Assembly (NCBI GenBank): GCA_021613535.1
Contig: CP075494.1
Location: 11,718,001 to 11,782,000, forward strand
Reading direction: 5' to 3'
Length of the DNA: 64,000 nt
DNA from: Adineta vaga
Lineage: Eukaryota; Animalia; Rotifera
Shown here piece by piece: positions 55,195-64,000 of the stretch. The notes under the pieces were generated by a model that saw nothing but the letters and a program-made list of their open reading frames with translations, was not told the origin of the DNA and did no database searches. How positions within the stretch are numbered: position 1 is the stretch's first letter; each line of letters opens with the position of its first letter. The position numbers and the translations under genes are program-made.

Positions 55195-58100
55195 TTATGA
55201 TATTAATTCCAATTCTGATGGTTTATTCATCAATTCCATAGGTGTACTTTGAATATGTAAATATCGTCCCGGAAAAGCCTAGAAATAGATAGATTTAATT
55301 TGAATTGATATTTCATACTCGATAATAATACATACTGTTATAGATAGATTTGGAATTTCTAGATTATGAACAGTATGATAGCCTGAATAATCTTTTTCTT
55401 CTGGTCTTGATTGACGAATAGCTTGATTTTGATAATCTTTTGCAGTCTAAGAAAATATCAAACAAACAAATTTTTTCGGAAAAAATCAAATCATCTATCA
55501 TACCACAAGTAATGGATATTTCGATGTTCGTGCAACCAATGATTTCCATTGTTCTGTTTGTTTTTCTTTGTATACATGATTTTGTACAATCTGAAAGTAT
55601 TCAATTATCAACAGTTATGCAAAATTCATTTCATTGCACATACATCACTATAAAATGCTTTTTCAACTTGTAAGTCTTGTTTATGGTATTGTTCTAAGAT
55701 ATAATTTTGCGTTGCTGCTACCGCTAAATGAATATTTTACATAAGAAAATTGTTCATACGAGTTGACCTAGTTTTCCTTACCTAATCCACGTTCTTCTGT
55801 CGCTCGTATAATCGTATCTGCAGCTTCATTATCAGGTGCAATTAATTTCACACCTTCCATATCCAATTCAGTAACCATTTCTTGCCAAATTTCACCCATT
55901 TTAAAGTCCAAAAAGTTCTCAATAATACATAATGTTACAAAATCTTCTTCATGTAAACCTGGTAGTTCTGTAAAACCTAATTTACAAAAAAATCCATAGA
56001 TTTTCGATCGCATATTATCAATTAAATCTAAAACAGCTCGTGATGGTTCTAATGGTGCAAGTGGAATAATTGGAACTGTTTGTTGAAGAAGACCCATCAA
56101 TGGTTTTTTATGATCATGGATGACGCCTTTTTCCGTTCGAGAAACCTTGGAAAGAAATTTGACTATAAATTTCGCCGAAATCAGACAAAAACGTTTTATA
56201 TTTACATATATTTCACGTTCTTCGTCTCGCCATAATTCACAAAGAACATGTGTAAATTGTTGTTGTTTACGTCCTTGCCATGCCATAATAAAATGAAGAC
56301 ATTTGCTATTTTCAGACAGATCTAATACAGAGCCAAGAACAATATTTTGTAAAGATTTTGGATTGGACTATTCAGAGAGAGAGAGAGAGAAAATTAGTTT
56401 TTTAATCAATGAAATATAGTTCATTTTTACTTCGATAAGATCAAGTAAAGCAAAAATGCCTTGTTTTTGGATGAATTCATCTTCATTGATAACACTACCA
56501 ACTACACAACACCAAACGCAATCAATTGCAGCAACTAATAAACGATGATAACCAAGGCCACCACAGACATATGGAGATTCGATAAGTAATAATTGAATGA
56601 GCATTTCAATACCTTCGGAACCAAAAATTTCCTAATCAAAATACGAATAAACTCAATTTCAATCTTTTGAATTCTTTCAAATTTACTTTTCTATGCACAT
56701 CTAATTCACATAAACAACTTAGAATGAATAATCCATCACAAATGACATCTAAATCCAATTGATCCATATGCATTGATTTTTGTTGTGATATACGTCTTAA
56801 ATAAACTTTATAAAAGAAAAGAAATAAATACTTGTCAAACTTTGAAAGATTAATTGATTTATTTACTTGTAATGGATGGAATAATTCCTTGATCAGATAA
56901 ATCAAGTTGAACACGTTCATCTCTTGTCGAAATAATACTTCGAAATAATCGAAGAATATATCTTAATTGTGAACGTTTATTGTTTCGACCACCTTTTCCA
57001 AAGAAACTATTTCCATGACTTTGATATTCATCTAAAATCAAATCACATATTTTCTTTATTCTATGTTCACGAACATCCTTACCATCATTAATAGTCCATT
57101 CATAGAACAATAACAATCGTGTTCCAACATGATATTCAAAGTATTCATTTAATGACTGTGGTAACAGAATCGAAAGAGCAGCTATTGCATGTAATTGAAG
57201 TTCTTCAATTTGAGCTGATGACCATTCAAAACCAGTTCCCGGAGGATTTTTTCGTGGTAATGGTTCAACATAGGATAAAAGTGCCAATAATACTCGACTA
57301 TCAATCATTAACTACAAATATAAAATAAATCTTTCGAATGAATCTCAAGAAATAATATGTGAACTACTTCATGCACTGCTGGATTTCGACTGAGAACAAC
57401 AACAGTATTGAAAAGTAATTTTTTAAATTCGAAATCTTCTTGTGATGTTGTTAATTTGGAATTTTTCACTAATGGACTATTGCTTCGTACTAAACAAAAG
57501 AGAAAGATAGAGCAAATTGATTCGAAAATAGAAATACATACATTCGGGATAGGAAGCAAAGAGAAGTAATTGTTTTGCAAATCCAGTTTCAACAACTGGA
57601 GCATCTGGTTTAAGACCAATAATTAATGAGCAAACAACGAGAATATCGTTTCTAAAAATATTTCCTGTCTTTTATAATGATAAAATATTCGAAATACAAA
57701 CCTTAATTGACGATGATATTGACTATGACTTTGTGTAACTTGACCGAGAAATGCTTCTTGTAAAAGACTAAATAGAAATTCGATGAAATAGAAAAAAAAA
57801 ATGAGAAAGATTGTTGAAATAAACTTTATAGTCACACGAGAATTAAGTTGATCACTAATTTGTTCTTCATCACCATGTTCAAGAATATTCCAAAGTGTTT
57901 CAATTGTACGAAATAAAAGTCTAACAAAAAAAAATATTCTCTTTTGAAAATCTGTCGATAGAAAGACAACAATTCTATTAAATTTCATGATTAACTTCAC
58001 TTACTCTCCGGTTGCATCCGTATCATTGATTTTCAATACTAAACGATTGACACAATCATGCGTTATCATTTTTGCTACACATTCAACTAGAAAAGAAAAT

Positions 58101-59100
58101 TCATTATCATAGATTTACAAATCACATTTCTTATACGTGATTTTGCAGAAAATATTTGTAATAATTTAATTACTAAAATTCGTAAAGATAAATCATTTTC
58201 CACGAGAGAAAGTGTCTAGAAGAGAGAGCTTTGTTTAGATACATCGAATTCACTTGAAATGTTTTACTTTCACAAGTGTTTCACAAAGATCACTGTTACA
58301 TTGAATACGAAGAAGATATTCAATTGTTGCTGGCTTTAATCCATCATAATTATCTGAAGGTATTGGTGATTTATTCGATGATTGAATTGATTTGAATAAT
58401 GTTTCAAGTACACATTTTTGAATACGTCTTATTGGTATACGAAGAAGATAACCTGATAGAATCGAAGTTATTTTTTGCTTGGAAAAATTCAAAAATGAGA
58501 TTTCGTTCTTACCAAAATCTGAATAGAAAGCGATTAATGCTGATGAATAGATTTCTGCATCAGTTGATCTATCCAATAGAAATGGTTTCGAACAATTTTG
58601 TAAAAGTTCTACAAATATATCGATATAATTTGGTTGATCTTGACAAATATCTGCAAGTATATTGAAGATTTTCATCAGATAATGTAGATCTTTCAAAATC
58701 TAGAATGAATAGTTATTAAATAAAGAAATGTTAGACAATTTTCTTCTTACATATCCATTTGTATGATGTCGATGGAGTTTTTGTAATTGACGAATCCTTC
58801 GATCAATAAGATGTGACTGAAAAGAAACAGTGCGAAGATTTAATCATTATTATATGTTTATCTATTTACTGCATGTGGATCAGTTAAAAATTTGATCGTC
58901 TTTTCAAAATCAAATGGATCTTCTTTCTAAATATACACAGGAGATAAGAAAGATTAAATTTCATATAAAAATCTTCTCACCTTCTCATCATTATTCTCCG
59001 GTTTGGATGTTAGAACATGTACAAGAGGAAAATGTTTTTGTGATATACTTTCTATTGCTGTATTTTTCATCATTGGTTCAAGTTGTGTTAGTGTAGCCAT
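55195..59100 (-). CDS. CFAP69: Cilia- and flagella-associated protein 69
   Basis: ARM-rich multi-exon gene with WS.AQ.EELQLHAIA.L, HGNSFFG.GGR.NKRSQLRY and NMRSKIY segments typical of CFAP69. Confidence 0.85.
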
Positions 59101-59854
59101 CTTTGATTACTAGATAAATAATAAAAAAAAGTGACAGTGTTCACTTATAAAATTCTATCCTTGTCTGCCATTTGTAATCTTTCGAAGGATTGTTACTTAG
59201 CAACAACTTGCTACAAGTCATTCAATGATTTATAAATATGAAGACATTGAAATGATTAATCTTGTAACATGAATTTCAGTCAGTTGTAGTCTACCTTGAT
59301 TATCGAATTCTTTCAATCGAAGAGCAGATGGCGCTATGTTCATCAGTATTATATACACATACACTTAAAAAAAACAGCTCATATAACGAACAATGAAGGT
59401 GATTGTTCATATAATACTATTGGAAAAGAAACTAATAATTCTTTATTCTATACTGTTACAGCTGCTATTGCAAAGACTCATCGTTACGAATGAAATTTGA
59501 TCTTCAAAGAAATAGTTATTGATCGATCATGTCGAGGTCGAGGTCACTTCTACCATGAAGAAAAGCAATACATCTACAAATTCTTTTTTAATTGTTCATT
59601 CTTTTCTACAGACAACAGATGATCTGTTTGATTCTATATCGTATAAAAGAAAAAAAGAAAAAGTGAAATAAGCAGATTACATGTTCAAACATATGAAAAG
59701 AAAAGAAATTACAATGGACAAAAAAAAGCCATAACATCAGTAACAAAATTCAAATATTGTTTATAAAGAGTAGCGAGAAAAAATAACTTAGATGAAACTT
59801 TCCTACTGATCAAATCTTCGACTATTCATCAGTAAGTATATGTATGGATATGAA

Positions 59855-62087
59855 TTATTTATTCAGAAAATCGATCGTTGCTCGTACACATTTGCCGGTT
59901 GTTACATCGAGTGCGCTCACTTTAATTTCAGTATCACCGAATACCATACGTGTTTGAATTTCACGTCGCGGACGATCTTTTGAAAGCGTCGATGTATTCA
60001 TAGGAAATCCATCATGAAACATATCCAAAACCAATGTACCTAAACCAAATCAAATGAAGATTCAAGAAAACAACTATTCTTTTTTGTTCCAAAACAATTC
60101 GTACCGATTTTCCTCACACCAACATCTGTAACATAGATTGGTTTATCGGATTCCGAACAATAGAATGAAATGATACATTGTGCTTGATTATGTCTTGCAG
60201 GCGTATATTTTCTAACCACAATATCACCAAGACCAATCGATTGATCAACAAGAACAAATTTATCGAATATATCCGCACACCATTCAATATTATCTTTGAC
60301 AATTTTCTTTTCTATTTGATGATAATCCGCAACGAAACGATTTAGAACAGAAACTCCGTATGTTAAACGAGAACGACGAACATTGACAATAGTTGGATCA
60401 AGACCAAATAGGACGGCACCTAAAAACAAAAGAACAAATTGCATATTGTTCTTCTGTTTTTAAAATGAGAACGAAATGCAAACCTTTTAATATAGTTAGT
60501 GAAACATCTTGAGGAATGATCACTTTAAGAATTGATGAAAAAGCACGACGTATTTCATATTGAAGGATCGGAGATTCAGCGAAACCACCGACAAGAAAAA
60601 GATATTGAATACCTATATAATTCAGTTGTTTTAAGTCAACGTCTGATGAATTGATATTCTCTTACCCTTGACGTCTGGACTGTTTAATACATCTCCAATC
60701 GAACTTTTTATTCTTTCGACTGTATGATGAAAAAGACGTTTCATTGCATCTGGTGTTAATCTCATCATTCCCTGCGTCGACCATTTAATATCCGGATCAT
60801 TAAAACGACGAATAGCAGACTCAATAGTTGAACCCTACAATCATCTTTTCATTAGTTTTATTTACTTTGATAAATAATCGTACCTTTTTCTTCTTGTAAA
60901 AATCAATAAATGAAAATGGCAATGAAATATTTAATGGATTATTTTTAAATGGACTAGCCGTTCGTTTTCGTGCTTCAAATGCAATCATTAAATCAACATA
61001 ACCAGCTGGTCGTTTCATTTTAAATTCTTCCAATAATTCTTTACCAAATATTGTACTCATTAATTTTTCAAATTCTTGATCCACACCTTAAAATCAATTG
61101 AATAACATCTAAACTTTTCTTCAAACAATCCAACGAACATACCAACAGAACCATATGGTCCACCCGTTGCTTTATATAATTCTTTTAACGTGCCCATTTT
61201 GTTATCTAATTCATGTACAGTCATATCAACAGTACCACCACCACAATCCACCACAATATAACGTGTACCAGTATCAAGGACAACTTCAAATGATTGTGTA
61301 TTTGGATGATATTCACTTTGCTCAGTTGATACTAATCGAATAAATAAAGAAAATAATTCAATCTTATGAAACACTTTCTAATAACGACCATGATAACATG
61401 ATTGTTAGAAGGACATATGAATGTATATATATACAAAAAATTATGTTTAGTCGGTAAAGATTCTCTACATCTATCAACAGAATGTTTTTCTTTCGATAAA
61501 AGAAAGATAAACGTTCATTAACTATTTTTCCTTCCATCGCATACTAACATTTATCAGAATCAAAAAAAATTGGTGATGATTGATTAGACAAGGAAGATGA
61601 TAACGTTCCATGCTCACGTTTGATTGAATTCCGAGAGAAAGGTGGTGTTTCATCAGGAACAAATTGATGCATTCGAAGTTTTCGAATATAAATCGAAGCA
61701 GCTTCAGGTTCCAGAGCAATAAGTAATTGTTCAGGAAATTCACGTGATGCAATACCAGCCTAAAAATTTCGAGATTATTGTTGAATAGAAGAGATCATTT
61801 TCACACAAACTTGATAAGCCGCTTCTCGCATGAATTGTTTAGCTGATTGCTTCCATATTGCTGGTACAGTAATAACCCATCGAACATCTTCATTAACAAA
61901 TCTTGTACCTGATTGATCAGAAAGTTCACGTAAAGCATGTTCTTTGAAATATTGTAATGCATAAGTAAATATTGCTAATGCAGGAACTTTTCGACCATTA
62001 CTTGCAGTAATTAACGTTTGAGTATTAAGATCCTAAATTAATTTATCGATTGTGAAAAGAATCAATCTAAGTCAAACAATACCCAAT

Positions 62088-62118
<31 letters not shown>

Positions 62119-63069
62119 AAACAAAAGAATAGACATGTAGACATAACTGTTTACTTTAATTATATTTCCACTCATATATACATTAGTATTTTTGACTCTT
62201 ATCAAGATAGATACATGTACAGTTTGCATGTTTGAGAAAGAAAGTAAAAGTATGAAAGTTGGAAAGTGACATGTGCATGTTTTCCTCAAACAATTACTCA
62301 GTAGTTACTATTCTCTAACATGAAGATATAATTAATCAGTCAATATATCATATAAAAACAAACTTTAGACGTCAGAAAACTATTCATTATGATTTTTCAC
62401 TCTATTAAACAATCGTCCATCATGATCGTACTTTACTTCAATGATGTAATAGATCATCTATGCAATGAATGTTACTATTTTCTTGCATAATACTGATTAG
62501 TCAACATTCGTTTATTATTTTTTTTCTCAGAAAAGAAAGAATGCTTACTTGAACATAATGAAGATGCATTTTAAATTTTTCGAAAAATAACCATCGTTTA
62601 GCTTCATCGGGATCGAGATCATGAAAGAAATCTCTTGCGAAAAAGCCAAATGAATGAAAATCTAAATTTGGTGTTAATAAAATTGTAGTTGGCGTTTTTT
62701 GATTGATTACACCTAGAAGTACTCATTTGTAGATGAAGGAAAAGGTTGAAAGTGAGACAAACCGGGATCATTTCCATCAACTTTGCGCATCATTAAAATC
62801 GAATCAATATCTCGTGTAAATGCAAATGCATAACCACTATATGTTGTACCGAAATCAATGGCGACAACAACGAAGTGTTGACTCGATTTTTGACGATAAT
62901 TTATTGATGATTCATTTCCTGAATCATCTGATGTAATAAGTTTAGTAGGATTTGTTGGGTATCGATATGATCCAGGACTATAGGAAGATGAAGCCATGTG
63001 TTTTTGATTTGAAGAAGGAAGTTCATGTGATGAATGAGGATAATCTTCTGATTCATTGGAAGGATTCAT
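59855..63069 (-). CDS. HSPA12: Heat shock 70 kDa protein 12 (HSPA12A/B-like)
   Basis: [52 protein letters not shown] and FGDTEIKV. Confidence 0.92.
62090..62118. repeat. (GA)n microsatellite in an HSPA12 intron
   Basis: About 13 GA units. Confidence 0.9.
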
Positions 63070-63570
63070 TGATTGTGATTGATTGAGATTGATAGCTTCA
63101 GGTGAGTCTAAAAGTCATCGAAAAAAGAAAAAGAAATCTTTAGATATTTCCAGACAAAAAAAACTTTTGTTTTTCTTACCCATAAATTTCGTCCCTTTTT
63201 CTTTTCAAAAGAAAGATTATCAAATCATTGTCTTATATTTTTCTCTAATAATCGCACAAAAAAAAATGTTTTCGTCTTCTTGTTCTTACTGAGTTTTAAC
63301 GTATAAAATAAACATCAATGATTACTCTAGTCGAGAGTTATAGAGATGGCAAGAAGCAAATGATGAATGATCGGTTGTTCGCACGACGAAGAGAAGAAAA
63401 AGACGGTGTTTATTCCACTCACTGTACAATTCTATCTTCCTCTTCTTCTCTTTCTTTTGTTCTTCTTTTCTTTATGACTGTCTTGATCGAATACAGGAAA
63501 GAAAAGGAACAAGAAAAGATGATGATAAAGCACAAGCATCATCGTACAACGACTACTGCCATCATACTAC

Positions 63571-63615
63571 TATCATCATCATCATCATCAACAACAACAA
63601 CAACAACAACAACAT
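63571..63615. repeat. Compound (ATC)n(AAC)n microsatellite
   Basis: atcatcatc... followed by aacaacaac..., upstream of HSPA12. Confidence 0.85.
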
Positions 63616-64000
63616 CAATGAAAGAAAGAGAATATGAACTCTCATACAGCATCAAGAATGGCAAGGTGATCTCTTTTGCTATCCTATCAGATGATATGTC
63701 GGATGGTATCTGCTCAGCAGTAGATTCTTTGCCTTACTATCAAAGATGATGATAAGCAGATGGCTAATAGAGAGAGAATGAGGAGAATCTACGTATGAGA
63801 GGATTATTAGGAATAAGAAGTAAGGATTAGACTAAGACAAAAAAATAAGGGAGAAAGAAAGAAAGACAACCTCTTGACACACTTGTCTACTTCATCTAAT
63901 CATAATTGTTTAAACATACACAAATGCATACAATCATTATGTTCTCAAATAGGATTAAAGAATAAATTCATTTGATACATATTTCGATGAAAAGAAGAAC

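Noticed and set aside
55195-59100. CFAP69 as evidence for sperm or cryptic sex
   Set aside because: The gene also serves motile and sensory cilia, so its presence is uninformative.
63318-63749. 143-aa ORF
   Set aside because: Low-complexity, microsatellite-driven frame with no recognisable domain.

Overview
AT-rich eukaryotic DNA with many ~50-60 bp GT-AG introns. Gene families and telomere-like motifs point to a bdelloid rotifer (inference). The window has two compartments. 1-~42.2 kb is an accessory, repeat-rich region: a receiver-like/ADP-ribosyltransferase/TPR/NHL gene with a duplicated last exon; a 3.4-kb inverted-repeat-bounded composite carrying deubiquitinase-like and retroviral env/LTR fragments; an F-box/LRR pseudogene; an M13 peptidase; a large three-module membrane protein ending in FG-GAP repeats; a decayed ~96-bp tandem array; nucleoside hydrolase and GPCR remnants; two tandem ARM-TIR-SAM genes; and many MITEs and solo LTRs. 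~42.2-64 kb is a dense block of conserved genes: ING3, CYC1, RNF170, an unknown membrane protein, GGT, a vWA protein, CFAP69 and HSPA12. The strongest candidate for an undescribed system is the ARM-TIR-SAM pair: a ~620-bp TIR-encoding tract is ~99% identical between copies while the flanking putative sensor and SAM regions are highly diverged. Exon boundaries were assigned by eye and no database searches were run.
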